The position numbers were made by a program, and so were the translations under genes. Positions 8,427 through 17,797 of a stretch of DNA of 43,386 nucleotides are shown in pieces. Position 1 is the stretch's first letter. Each line of letters opens with the position of its first letter. This DNA comes from a virus (lineage: Duplodnaviria; Heunggongvirae; Uroviricota; Caudoviricetes), in the IMG/VR virus record IMGVR_UViG_2563366976_000013; one strand, written 5' to 3'. Below the pieces are notes generated by a model. That model ran no database searches. It was not told the DNA's origin and saw only the letters and a program-made list of their open reading frames with translations.

Positions 8427-8925
8427 GTATAGCGGGAAGGTTATACCTACTGGTGAGTTTAAAACTGATGACTTTCTGATTTCGCTAAAAGATGCTTTTA
8501 AACAACACTGGCGTCATGGTCATCATCCTGATCTGGGAAAAGATACTCTTTTTGAAAGACCAGAGGAAGTATTAGGCTTCCATCTCAGAAAGGTTCATGT
8601 CAATATTGGTGAATATGCATCATATTCATACTCATGTACTGAACAGTGTTGGGATGAGTGGTCATATGGATTGATTGATGAACAAGGAAATTACAGGCCA
8701 AAACCAACCAGTAACGCATATCTCATATATGCAGTCAATGAAATAAGAGATGCAGCCTTACTAGCTTATTGGGACCCGCCCGCACACACCAAAGCTAACG
8801 CAAAAGTTTGGATGGATTCCGTATTGAATTTCACAAAATTATTTCATGAACGAACGAATACAGCTCCACTTAGTAGAAATGTTTATCCGTGGGATTATTC
8901 GTACAAATCCAAAAAGCCTGCATAG
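8413..8925 (+). CDS. YafO-like toxin domain protein, copy 1 (type II toxin, ribosome-dependent mRNA interferase family, by motif)
   Basis: Motifs W.HGHHPDLGKD..FERP...L.FHLRKVHV and AYLIYAV...DAALLAYWDPPAH resemble YafO from memory; paralog of 9440..9985; RBS AAGAGGAA. Confidence 0.5.
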   Translation: MFLSEYSGKVIPTGEFKTDDFLISLKDAFKQHWRHGHHPDLGKDTLFERPEEVLGFHLRKVHVNIGEYASYSYSCTEQCWDEWSYGLIDEQGNYRPKPTSNAYLIYAVNEIRDAALLAYWDPPAHTKANAKVWMDSVLNFTKLFHERTNTAPLSRNVYPWDYSYKSKKPA

Positions 8926-8935
8926 TAGTTTTTTA

Positions 8936-9155
8936 TGGACGAAACAAAAGTCAGTGCTACACTCATTGACGCCACATTGAGGTGGCTTATAGATGGAAAT
9001 TTCACAATGAAAAAAGCATTTGCTGCACTGTTCGTTTTGTTGTCTCTGGTAGCGTCAACTCAGGCCTTTGCCGGTCGTTGTCAGCACGACAGCGACACTG
9101 CTGCTGACGGCTCCCGCTGCGGTGGGCGTTCTGCGGATTCCCGCCCGGGCGGCGG
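8936..9155 (+). repeat. Direct repeat copy A (220 bp, one mismatch to copy B at 10007..10226)
   Basis: Identical sequence block containing small signal-peptide ORF; seen directly. Confidence 0.9.
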
Positions 9156-9174
9156 CACAGGGATGTGCCTTTAA
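9007..9174 (+). CDS. Small secreted Cys-containing peptide (55 aa) or gene fragment, copy 1
   Basis: Signal peptide MKKAFAALFVLLSLVASTQAFA then about 30-aa mature part with Cys residues; ends inside J junction sequence; weak RBS. Confidence 0.3.
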   Translation: MKKAFAALFVLLSLVASTQAFAGRCQHDSDTAADGSRCGGRSADSRPGGGTGMCL

Positions 9175-9205
9175 ATAATTCTGTACAGATTGCAGGTGAA
9201 TAGCG

Positions 9206-9225
9206 TACTATTACCTCAAGGGTAA
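9206..9225 (+). promoter_or_regulatory. -10 TACTAT plus operator palindrome TTACCtcaagGGTAA upstream of cassette 2
   Basis: Same J module as at 8038-8057. Confidence 0.5.
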
Positions 9226-9285
9226 ACGGATTGGTTTCATTTTTATTAATCCGTGTAATGAACTTATGAGATATGAGGTAATGTC

Positions 9286-9465
9286 ATGCGAAACGAAAAA
9301 TTGCAGATGCGTAGAGCGCAAGCTGCCGCAAGACGTTCTTTCAATGGAAGCGTAGAGTACGTAAAAGTTACTATGACAAAAGATCACGCAAGTCGCGTAT
9401 CCCGCGCTTTCTTTGATTCTCGTAACAATAAGGAAAATTATGAGTTCGTCTGCGTCGCAGAATGA
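9286..9465 (+). CDS. Putative antitoxin/partner of YafO-like toxin 2 (59 aa, below ORF-track cutoff)
   Basis: ATG 9286 with RBS GAGGT 8 nt upstream; overlaps toxin 2 start by 26 nt; manual translation MRNEKLQMRRAQAAARRSFNGSVEYVKV... Confidence 0.3.
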   Translation: MRNEKLQMRRAQAAARRSFNGSVEYVKVTMTKDHASRVSRAFFDSRNNKENYEFVCVAE

Positions 9466-9985
9466 TAAAAATCAAATTGTCAGATATAAGGGTCGAGTAT
9501 TGCATACGCAAAATTTCTCGGCCCTTTGTGCATCTGATCTTGAGCTGAAGAAAGTATCTGATGCCTTTACCCAGTATTGGAAAACGGGATACCATCCATC
9601 TCTTGGTAAAGATGCTGCATTTGCTCGTCCGACAGAAATGCTTAAACTAAATGTCAGGCATACTCATGTCGATAACCAAGACTATATTCCAGAAGATAGT
9701 GATAAAAAACACACTGGTAAAAAATCATCTTGGGATGCATGGAAAAATATAGCGTCTGTGCAAGTAAAATGCATACCAACAAGTGATTGCTTTTTAGTTT
9801 ATTCGGTAAATCACAATCGTGATGCGCTGGTTATGTTTTTTGTTGACGCAGATGCCCACAACATAACTGAGCAAGAAGAGTTTAAAGAGGCAGCAATCAC
9901 TATCAGTTATCAATTCTTTGAGAAAACAAAAACAGAACCAATGCCTTTAGAAGAAGATCTTTTTTCTGATAAATGGAAGGAATAG
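9440..9985 (+). CDS. YafO-like toxin domain protein, copy 2
   Basis: Motifs W.TGYHPSLGKD..FARP...L.LNVRHTHV and CFLVYSV...DALVMFFVDADAH; start at ATG 9440 with RBS AAGGA; followed by terminator. Confidence 0.5.
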   Translation: MSSSASQNDKNQIVRYKGRVLHTQNFSALCASDLELKKVSDAFTQYWKTGYHPSLGKDAAFARPTEMLKLNVRHTHVDNQDYIPEDSDKKHTGKKSSWDAWKNIASVQVKCIPTSDCFLVYSVNHNRDALVMFFVDADAHNITEQEEFKEAAITISYQFFEKTKTEPMPLEEDLFSDKWKE

Positions 9986-10005
9986 CCCGCAGCGCGGGCT
10001 TTTTT
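9984..10005 (+). terminator. Rho-independent terminator after toxin 2
   Basis: AGCCCGC-agc-GCGGGCT stem followed by T5. Confidence 0.6.
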
Positions 10006-10006
10006 G

Positions 10007-10226
10007 TGGACGAAACAAAAGTCAGTGCTACACTCATTGACGCCACATTGAGGTGGCTTATAGATGGAAATTTCACAATGAAAAAAGCATTTGCTGCACT
10101 GTTCGTTTTGTTGTCTCTGGTAGCGTCAACTCAGGCCTTTGCCGGTCGTTGTCAGCACGACAGCGACACTGCTGCTGACGGCTCACGCTGCGGTGGGCGT
10201 TCTGCGGATTCCCGCCCGGGCGGCGG
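10007..10226 (+). repeat. Direct repeat copy B
   Basis: 220 bp, one mismatch vs 8936..9155. Confidence 0.9.
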
Positions 10227-10239
10227 TGGCATTCGTTAA
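10078..10239 (+). CDS. Small secreted Cys-containing peptide, copy 2 (variant C-terminus)
   Basis: Same signal peptide and mature region as copy 1; differs only in last 5 residues. Confidence 0.3.
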   Translation: MKKAFAALFVLLSLVASTQAFAGRCQHDSDTAADGSRCGGRSADSRPGGGGIR

Positions 10240-10312
10240 AAACAAGGCCGCGAAAGCGGCCTGTGACATGTCACGATAGTTTCGTTTTGCACATCCCTGT
10301 GCCGCCGTTCTG

Positions 10313-10969
10313 TCAGAAGAACCCTGCTTTGTCGTTGATGTATTCCGCGTGCGTCTGGATATCACGCAGGCATTTGCTCACACCGACGATGTAGCAGAAC
10401 ATGGTGGTCAGCTCCGCCGCCGCGCCCGATACATCGTGCCCGTCTTCCTGCAACTGGTTCAGCAAATTCATCAGCAGTGAGTTCTCCGTCAGGCCGAGAA
10501 CACCAGACGGCGAATGAATCAGGCTACGGTAGCCGGGCTTCAGTGGGGCGCTGTATTCTTTTTTGTCTTCCAGCTTGATCGCCTCCATAATGGCGGGCAT
10601 GAAGCCTGACAAGACCTTCTCCACTTTTGTTTCTTGTTGTCTTAAACGTTTCTCGCATTCAATGAAGTAGCGTCGCACCTGGCGACCTTTTTCGTTACGC
10701 TCGACCATCGCCAGCTCTTTGGCTGTATCAAGGGTGAGGTGGTACTCTTTGCGGTTGTGGCCGCCTCTACCAGATGTTTGCTTTCCCAAATTGGAAAGCA
10801 AAATATAGTCTTGATTTTCAATGAATTCGTATTCTGATATGCGATTTGTAATCCATGCTGCAAACACCTTTTTAACACCTAAAAAAGCGTGCAGATCGCG
10901 GGCATTACAAAGTAGGGCTGTTTCGTTAGATATAGTGCCGTTGAATACGGGGATGAGTTGAGCGTTCAT
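10313..10969 (-). CDS. Antirepressor paralog 2: AntA-type N-terminal domain plus shared Ant C-terminal domain
   Basis: N-terminus [23 protein letters not shown], middle [20 protein letters not shown]; C-terminus near-identical to ant1 and ant3; RBS GGAGACG. Confidence 0.75.
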   Translation of the reverse strand: MNAQLIPVFNGTISNETALLCNARDLHAFLGVKKVFAAWITNRISEYEFIENQDYILLSNLGKQTSGRGGHNRKEYHLTLDTAKELAMVERNEKGRQVRRYFIECEKRLRQQETKVEKVLSGFMPAIMEAIKLEDKKEYSAPLKPGYRSLIHSPSGVLGLTENSLLMNLLNQLQEDGHDVSGAAAELTTMFCYIVGVSKCLRDIQTHAEYINDKAGFF

Positions 10970-11125
10970 GATGGCGTCTCCACTTAGCGAATTACATCAC
11001 CACCGCTGAGACCAATCAGATGGTGGTGAACTGAACGGAGTTGGTCTTACCGGCCTAAGTGGTACCGGCGTCCTTTCGGACCCCCATTCAGCCCACCATA
11101 ATTCTGGCATGACTGTGCTATACGC

Positions 11126-11285
11126 ATAAAAAAACCACGTCTGGCGTGGTATGCGCCACTTAGTAATCCGGGAGACCAATCCCGGCACTGGATTTTGCCA
11201 GTGCCCGATTACTATGGCACAAGAGGAGTGCGATGTAAATTTACCGAAAAGGTAATGATAAACGCTAAGAAATATTAAAATCAAC
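11126..11285 (-). promoter_or_regulatory. ant2 promoter, operator (11241-11255), structured leader (11160-11213) and leader terminator (11126-11150)
   Basis: Mirror image of ant1 control region with near-identical structured element; palindrome TTACCgaaaaGGTAA. Confidence 0.5.
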
Positions 11286-11402
11286 CATATTTGGTTAATG
11301 CGTATAAAAGAGCCAGCAGCGAGAAATTGTGCCGCGACGTAAAATAACGAGCATCTGCTGGCTTACAACCAGCGATGTTTCAAATTTGTCACTATTATCA
11401 AC

Positions 11403-11750
11403 GTGCCATTCCACGGCGCAGAGCTTTATGTTGTCAATCACAACGGCGAACCGTATACCCCAATGAAACCTATCGTTGAGGGAATGGGGCTAGACTGGAA
11501 ATCTCAACATAAGAAGATTTCTCAACGCTTCTCGAAGGGTATGGTGGAAATCACCATACCTTCTGCCGGTGGGGTGCAAGCCATGATTTGTATGGCTTTA
11601 CGAAAATTGGCAGCTTGGTTGAACAGCATCAGCCCTAACAAAGTCCGTCCTGAAATCCGCGAAAGTATTGAAACATCAACCGTGTCGATATCGATACGGT
11701 TGATTATGACGGTAACTTATTGCCGTGTGTCCTATTTCTCCCACCACTAA
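11403..11750 (+). pseudogene. Probable remnant of an antirepressor N-terminal domain gene (truncated)
   Basis: GTG start; first 90 aa look like a conserved phage antirepressor N-domain (FHGAELYVVNHNGEPYTPMKPIVEGMGLDW), then low-complexity tail; near-palindrome at 11677-11702 at the break. Confidence 0.35.
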
Positions 11751-12047
11751 CTAATTATATTTGTCTTTAAAAATCTCATGGAATGATTGAGAGTAAGACT
11801 TTCCATACTTCAAATAACATTCTTCATCCAACTTTCTTAATGAACTTCGAACCTGTTCGTGGCATACAGCAAAAAAAACAAGTCCGCCGCCTATTAATAC
11901 CCCTATTGATATTGGGTTCGCAACATCCCATAAAAAATCGGCTAACAGAGCAAATACCCCACCGCCGCCAATAAATGCCCCTATAGCTCGGTTCGTTTTA
12001 GCTTGCTCATAGCGTCTCTCTAACTCACTAAACTCTTTAATATCCAT
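11751..12047 (-). CDS. Small two-TM glycine-zipper membrane protein (candidate superinfection-exclusion/moron protein)
   Basis: 98 aa, RBS AGAGGTG, AT-rich, GAFIGGGGVFALLADFLW and GVLIGGGLVFFAV segments; directly follows ejection-protein gene. Confidence 0.5.
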   Translation of the reverse strand: MDIKEFSELERRYEQAKTNRAIGAFIGGGGVFALLADFLWDVANPISIGVLIGGGLVFFAVCHEQVRSSLRKLDEECYLKYGKSYSQSFHEIFKDKYN

Positions 12048-12065
12048 ATAAGCACCTCTATAAAA

Positions 12066-15000
12066 TTACTTCATCACCGGATCCACCTGGTTTATTAGTG
12101 GCGCAATCCAGAACAGGTTATTGCCGGGTATCAGGGTTCGGACATTATGCACAATACGATCACCGGCATCACCATTCAACACTCCTGAGGTCACATCAAT
12201 GATGCTATCCGCAAGACCAAATGACGGTCCGAATAGAGATCCTACGAATCCACGACTGGCATACCTGGACTGTGTGCCAGTGCCAAATAAAGCCCCCAGC
12301 CCAACAGCACCACCAGTCGCCTTTTCAGCCATGTTGTTATATTCCATCAATGGCCCAAGAATACCGGATCTATCTATACCCTCAAGCACCAGCTTCTCTG
12401 GTGACCAGTCAACATTTTTCCCTTTCGATGCTTCTTTAAGCGCATAGACCAGTGAGCCAAGAGCAATCTGAAATGCAGTGCCATAATAAAATTGCGCAGT
12501 TCCTTCCTGTAACCCACCAAGTAGCGCACGGTTGTATGAAGCCGTTGTGAATGATTTAAACTGAAATATCGTTCGCCCCATTGGAGTACTCGCCCATAAA
12601 GGTGTGTCACCAATACCGGGGGTGATGATAGTGTTATTAACGTCTTTCAGAACCGCTGACTGGAATACTCCGGCAACGTACTGATCGTCCCATTTATCAA
12701 AGTTACCAATGTGCCATCCATCAATTACCTCACCATGTTTCTCGAACTCACTGCGAATACGCGCAGCCATATTGTCGTTGATACCGAGTTTTGCCAGGCG
12801 GCGTGCAGGAAATGCACCGGACAAAATACCGTCTGAAATAACCATTCCGTTCATGGATTTGTTTATGTCATTAAAGCGATCCATGAGTGTCAGCTTGCCG
12901 AAGGCATCAGTAATTCGCTCCATTCCGGCTTCGACTGCTGTTGTCCTGGAAGAGCTGTCAACAAGATCACCAATTGCACGAGAGCGTGAATGCAGTACAG
13001 TTTCCAGTCCGATACCCATCTTCAACATCTCTTCTTTGCTGGCCTTAAATGCCGGTGATTGGGATATCTGAGAAGCATAGCCTTTCATGGTGTTACGGAA
13101 ACCATTAACCATAACCCCTCTGGCCAGATCTGGAATAGCTGATACTGTCATTCCACCGAGTTTGGTCGTGAAGTTCACATCCCGCAGAAAAGCGCCAGCA
13201 CGAACAAAAAACGAAGACGGATCATCAGGCATCCCATATGTACCAACAAGACGATCGCGTAATGCTGTTATGTCTCTGAGATCATTTGCTCTTGATTTTG
13301 AAAGTCTGGACTGTTCTTTCCGTAATTCCTTTTCGTACTTTCGCATTAATGAATCGAGTTTACCCTGAGGAACAACTTCACCATTGCTCTCATAACGTGC
13401 TTTCAGATTTGCCACACTTTCGTCATATTTCGCCTTTATTTTTTCAGGCACTTCCCGTAACAGACTGTCATATTCGTCCTCAATTAATTGCAGACGCTCA
13501 GTCATAGTTCGTTTGCCAAATGTTCTCGTCAACTCAATTTCTGCTGCCGCTTCACGGATATGACGTTGCAGCACGTAATTCACATCACTTTCAAGATAAT
13601 CCCTGATAAGACTATCAGGAACATTTAATGTTCTTTCTTTCGTACTACCTGCGGCTTTTACAGAAAATACGCTGACAAAATCCTGTGGAACCTTAGCACC
13701 AGTAATTTTATTAATTACGATATCTGCTGCAATTTCAGCATCCTCAGGAACCAGTGTTTTATTTCCTCTCGACCACCAGTCAACCAAAATACGTCGAAAT
13801 TTATCGCGTTCACTGATTATTTTTCCAACTTTATATATGCGTGGGAAATAGCTTGCCTGGCCTAATGCTTTCAGTTCTTCATCTGGCGGCAATAAACCAA
13901 GCTTTTGCATTTCAACTTTCACCCGATTTAATACAGTTCGCATCGCCTGCGCCGTTTCCTGAACAACAGGATTAGCATGCACATCACCGCTTCGCATAGC
14001 ATTCCCAACCTGCTGACGAAATGAATCAAAACTCATGTCACCACCATCAGCTTTATACTTTGCGTATGCCTGTTTATTTCCGACAACAACAGCAGCTTCT
14101 TCACGCTGCCATCCACGTGTACGGGTTTCTACAGCTACCGGTGTTTCAATCCCCCTTTCATTTCCTTTAAGGGTGAAATTATTTTCGGCTAACTCCAGCG
14201 TTGTTTTTCGCACTGTCCTGGACGGAGACTCCATTAACCTTGTCAAAGGAGTAAGATAGCTCCCTGCTTTCCATGCAGCCTTTCCAACCACCCCACCAGA
14301 AACAGGGGTTAAATCATCCAGAGTCGCTGTATCAATTTTCATAGCACCAACACTACCACCATCGGAAAGCGAAGCGGCAGCCCTGTCAGTCACTGATGTA
14401 ATGCTCATATTATCAAGAGCATCAGCAACCTCACGTGTGGCTGCAGCCCGGACGGATGGCGAAAGCGCAACACCAGCACTGGCAAACACGCCGCTCATTA
14501 TCGCACCCGCTGCAACGTGAGCGGCACTTTCACCCCATGAGCGTGTTATTTGCTGATTATTCAGTACAACCTCGCTTAATGCAGTACCGGCAGCACCAAT
14601 CGCAATCTGTGAGCCAATACGCGCCAGTGCCCCTCCTTGAGCACCTGGGATAAACATTGACGCAACAGTAACCGGGTCAAAAAGCATCGCTGTTGCACTG
14701 GCAATTCCACCAGCTAAGCCTGCTTCAGAGATAAAACGCCGATCTTCATTTTCATCATCTATCTGCTGCTTAATCCACGCTGTTTCTTCTGGCGAGCGGG
14801 AACCTGCAAATTTCGCACCCCAGTATTCATAGCCGTGCAACTCATTTTTATCAGCATATGGGTTATAACCCTCGACCGGTTCAAACTGTCTGGCAGGACG
14901 GAAAAAACCAGCCAGAATATTGTTCTGTCGTATTGCTGCGGCAAGCAATGAAGGCTCTTTTTGGCGAGGCTCAGGGTTCTTACCTTCTGGCGGATGCACA

Positions 15001-15089
15001 TCAAAACTCTGTTCATCAGGTTCAGGAATGGCGCGACCAGCAGAAATAAATCCGTTATTGTTTGATTCAGATACAGGATAGAACGGCAT
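12066..15089 (-). CDS. Large internal virion/DNA-ejection protein (T7 gp15/gp16-class)
   Basis: 1007 aa, position after other internal virion proteins and before tail fibre region; Gly/Ala-rich segments. Confidence 0.55.
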   Translation of the reverse strand: MPFYPVSESNNNGFISAGRAIPEPDEQSFDVHPPEGKNPEPRQKEPSLLAAAIRQNNILAGFFRPARQFEPVEGYNPYADKNELHGYEYWGAKFAGSRSPEETAWIKQQIDDENEDRRFISEAGLAGGIASATAMLFDPVTVASMFIPGAQGGALARIGSQIAIGAAGTALSEVVLNNQQITRSWGESAAHVAAGAIMSGVFASAGVALSPSVRAAATREVADALDNMSITSVTDRAAASLSDGGSVGAMKIDTATLDDLTPVSGGVVGKAAWKAGSYLTPLTRLMESPSRTVRKTTLELAENNFTLKGNERGIETPVAVETRTRGWQREEAAVVVGNKQAYAKYKADGGDMSFDSFRQQVGNAMRSGDVHANPVVQETAQAMRTVLNRVKVEMQKLGLLPPDEELKALGQASYFPRIYKVGKIISERDKFRRILVDWWSRGNKTLVPEDAEIAADIVINKITGAKVPQDFVSVFSVKAAGSTKERTLNVPDSLIRDYLESDVNYVLQRHIREAAAEIELTRTFGKRTMTERLQLIEDEYDSLLREVPEKIKAKYDESVANLKARYESNGEVVPQGKLDSLMRKYEKELRKEQSRLSKSRANDLRDITALRDRLVGTYGMPDDPSSFFVRAGAFLRDVNFTTKLGGMTVSAIPDLARGVMVNGFRNTMKGYASQISQSPAFKASKEEMLKMGIGLETVLHSRSRAIGDLVDSSSRTTAVEAGMERITDAFGKLTLMDRFNDINKSMNGMVISDGILSGAFPARRLAKLGINDNMAARIRSEFEKHGEVIDGWHIGNFDKWDDQYVAGVFQSAVLKDVNNTIITPGIGDTPLWASTPMGRTIFQFKSFTTASYNRALLGGLQEGTAQFYYGTAFQIALGSLVYALKEASKGKNVDWSPEKLVLEGIDRSGILGPLMEYNNMAEKATGGAVGLGALFGTGTQSRYASRGFVGSLFGPSFGLADSIIDVTSGVLNGDAGDRIVHNVRTLIPGNNLFWIAPLINQVDPVMK

Positions 15090-17797
15090 TATTTAGATCC
15101 CCACGAAAAGTAATCTTTAAATTTGTCCATACGTTCGTTATGCAGGCGCTGATACTGCTCATCCAGAGCACGATGCTTGTCTTTGAAGTTTTGTATAGCC
15201 TGTCCACGCATAATTTCTTCCTGCTCGTGCTGCTCCCGTTCCTGCTGCATTTTCTTATAAGGTTCCCAATCTTCTAGTGATGGCCCCCAGCGCATCAGTC
15301 TTCCATGCTTGTCATAAAATAAATCATCCCTCGTAATACCATCTTTATCTTTTGTTCTGATCACAACTGAATAAAGCTTATCTCTCGGAGTTGATAAATC
15401 AGGAACAAGAATCAACTCACCTCCAACCAGTGAGCGTGGTGTATTCAGTCCCAATGCACCAGCCTCAGTTGAAGGTCGGTTAAATGAAGGAGCTGGTTTA
15501 TGCAAGTCATCGCCATACATGATTTTTTCTTTTTCAGCTTTCCATTGCGCTGCAATCCAGCCTGACGGCCCATATTGATAAAGCGCCTCCGGTGCATATT
15601 TCATAAACTGTGCTTCCCCGTTGACCTCGCTGATACTCCAGGTGCGGGCTATCTGCTGGTTGGTCATTTGCTTCGCTACGTCAGCGTTACCACCAGCAAG
15701 GCGATAGTTAACGTCATACAGCATCTGATAGTCATTGCGAAAGAGCGCTGCTTCCGGCGTCTGGTCATCCGCAGACGGATCCCAGCGAAGCCAATGAGCC
15801 ATATTGCTGACAGCAGAATTGGCTGCGCTGTCACGCTCTTTTTTGTATTCTCTTGTACTCTGAACAGATGAGAGCTGCGCCCTTAGTGCATCTGTCTGGT
15901 TGTATGTCTTACTCTGCGCTTCCACAATAGCAGCATCAGAAGACATCCCTGCATCAGTTAGTTGCTTAACAGTCAGATAAAAACCCTGCATATCCTTCGG
16001 CATATTTCCAATAGATGCATTGTCTGTTTCATATAACCGACTAAACAGTTCCGCCGCATTTTTAACCACTTCCTGATTGCTGGATCGGGATACTGCTGAA
16101 AGCTGCGTGATGACCTGCGAAGGCATTATGCCAGTCTGAGCCACAAGCCGAACAACCCCATCATGAGTGGAGGCATCATTAATACGAAAGTTCTGCGCCA
16201 TTTCTGTGTAATCAGCAGCTTTCTGCATTGACTTGTTGCTTGGGTCTAATTTTTCACCTATTGTCAGCGCCTCATTGAATCTGCGTGAATCCCGTTGCGC
16301 CTGAATTGCTTCATTTGATCTCTGAAGCAATGCAGACAATTTTCCGTAAGCATCGAGTTTTAACGCATAGTGAGGATCGTTAACCTCAGGCTTCACTTTC
16401 TGCATTTCTTCTTGCTGCTGAGAAGGAGGCAAATACTGAATTGCCTGGAATATTCTCGCGTTATCAATCGCTATATCCAGTTGATTGATTATTTTATCTG
16501 CGTTTTTTCCATACCCCCTGATGATGGTCTCCTGAGCCGGTATATAATCTGGAACCTCACCGTTATATAGCTGGGCCATGGTGTTATTAATAGCTGGCTC
16601 AAGCTGTTCTAATATTAACTTCCTTTGCTTTTCTATCTGACTATTAGCAAGGTTATCTATTTGATAAATAGTCAGCGGATCCATTCCAGTTTTATTTTTT
16701 CTATATCGGGAAAGCCACCCTTGTGTTTCTGATGGAAGATTTCGGATAAATTCTTCTTCTGATATTTCACCTTTACGCGGATCACCGACTTTGGCGATCA
16801 GTTTATCCACGTTACCCATCCCCCAGTTATATGCTGCTCCGGTCAATATTTCTGAGCCGTACTTACCATACAGTTGATTTACATAGTCACTGGCAAGCAT
16901 TTCATGCTGTTGTTCGTCCGTAGGGTTGTATTCAACGCCACGTTTGGCCGCCAGTTCTTTCCCTGTGCCCGGCATTAACTGGTATTTCCCCTGGGCCCTC
17001 TCTCCAGAAGATGTTTTCGGTCCTTCAAGAATACTACCATCAGGATTAAAGTGACGATCACCTGATTCAACAAGGCGTATGGCACGCATGTCCATGCCTC
17101 CAGAATCATTTTTCTGAAACTGACCATTTAACCATCCTTCCGGGTTAGCAGCGGCATAATTCTTCGCCCGCATTTCTGTGGCACTGCGATCATCACTTTC
17201 TATTTCTTCCAGAATGCGTTCTTGTGACCATCCCCTGGCTGCTCCATATCTGGCAATGGCTACCATTCTGGAATTTCTGGCTAAAGTGGCAGTTTGCGGG
17301 TCATTCCAGGCATCCGCTTCATTTTGTATCCATAATTTTCTCGTTGCCTGATATTGCTCATCTTCATAGGCATTTGTCTGCCCTATCTCATGTCTGAGAA
17401 CTCCAGTACTGAACTGAATTTTCTGTGTTCTGGCTTGTTGCAAAAACATATTTCTTGCTGCTTCATCAGTCAATGAAGCAGCTATTTCTTCCACATCCTG
17501 ATCAAATCCAGATATGTACTCTTGCCCCTTACCAATCGCATTTTTGCCTTGTTGTGCATAAAAACCGGTTTGAGGGTTATAAAGACGTTCATTGCTGCGC
17601 TGATTAAGCTGAAGTATGGCATCCTGAGACAATGCAACATTCGCTTTCTGCCTGGCTTCACCATATGCCACCGCATACTGATCTGCGACATTCGCCAGCA
17701 CCTGACCTGCTTGAGGAACATCGAAGATCTGAAAACCACCGGTTTGCACACCACGACTTTGCACCTGGCGTCCGGATGTAGTAGGAACAACAGGCAT
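15089..17797 (-). CDS. Internal virion protein with soluble lytic transglycosylase (SLT) domain
   Basis: 902 aa; SLT-like motif GERAQGKYQLMPGTGKEL...AAYNWGMGNV; position in ejection-protein block. Confidence 0.65.
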   Translation of the reverse strand: MPVVPTTSGRQVQSRGVQTGGFQIFDVPQAGQVLANVADQYAVAYGEARQKANVALSQDAILQLNQRSNERLYNPQTGFYAQQGKNAIGKGQEYISGFDQDVEEIAASLTDEAARNMFLQQARTQKIQFSTGVLRHEIGQTNAYEDEQYQATRKLWIQNEADAWNDPQTATLARNSRMVAIARYGAARGWSQERILEEIESDDRSATEMRAKNYAAANPEGWLNGQFQKNDSGGMDMRAIRLVESGDRHFNPDGSILEGPKTSSGERAQGKYQLMPGTGKELAAKRGVEYNPTDEQQHEMLASDYVNQLYGKYGSEILTGAAYNWGMGNVDKLIAKVGDPRKGEISEEEFIRNLPSETQGWLSRYRKNKTGMDPLTIYQIDNLANSQIEKQRKLILEQLEPAINNTMAQLYNGEVPDYIPAQETIIRGYGKNADKIINQLDIAIDNARIFQAIQYLPPSQQQEEMQKVKPEVNDPHYALKLDAYGKLSALLQRSNEAIQAQRDSRRFNEALTIGEKLDPSNKSMQKAADYTEMAQNFRINDASTHDGVVRLVAQTGIMPSQVITQLSAVSRSSNQEVVKNAAELFSRLYETDNASIGNMPKDMQGFYLTVKQLTDAGMSSDAAIVEAQSKTYNQTDALRAQLSSVQSTREYKKERDSAANSAVSNMAHWLRWDPSADDQTPEAALFRNDYQMLYDVNYRLAGGNADVAKQMTNQQIARTWSISEVNGEAQFMKYAPEALYQYGPSGWIAAQWKAEKEKIMYGDDLHKPAPSFNRPSTEAGALGLNTPRSLVGGELILVPDLSTPRDKLYSVVIRTKDKDGITRDDLFYDKHGRLMRWGPSLEDWEPYKKMQQEREQHEQEEIMRGQAIQNFKDKHRALDEQYQRLHNERMDKFKDYFSWGSK

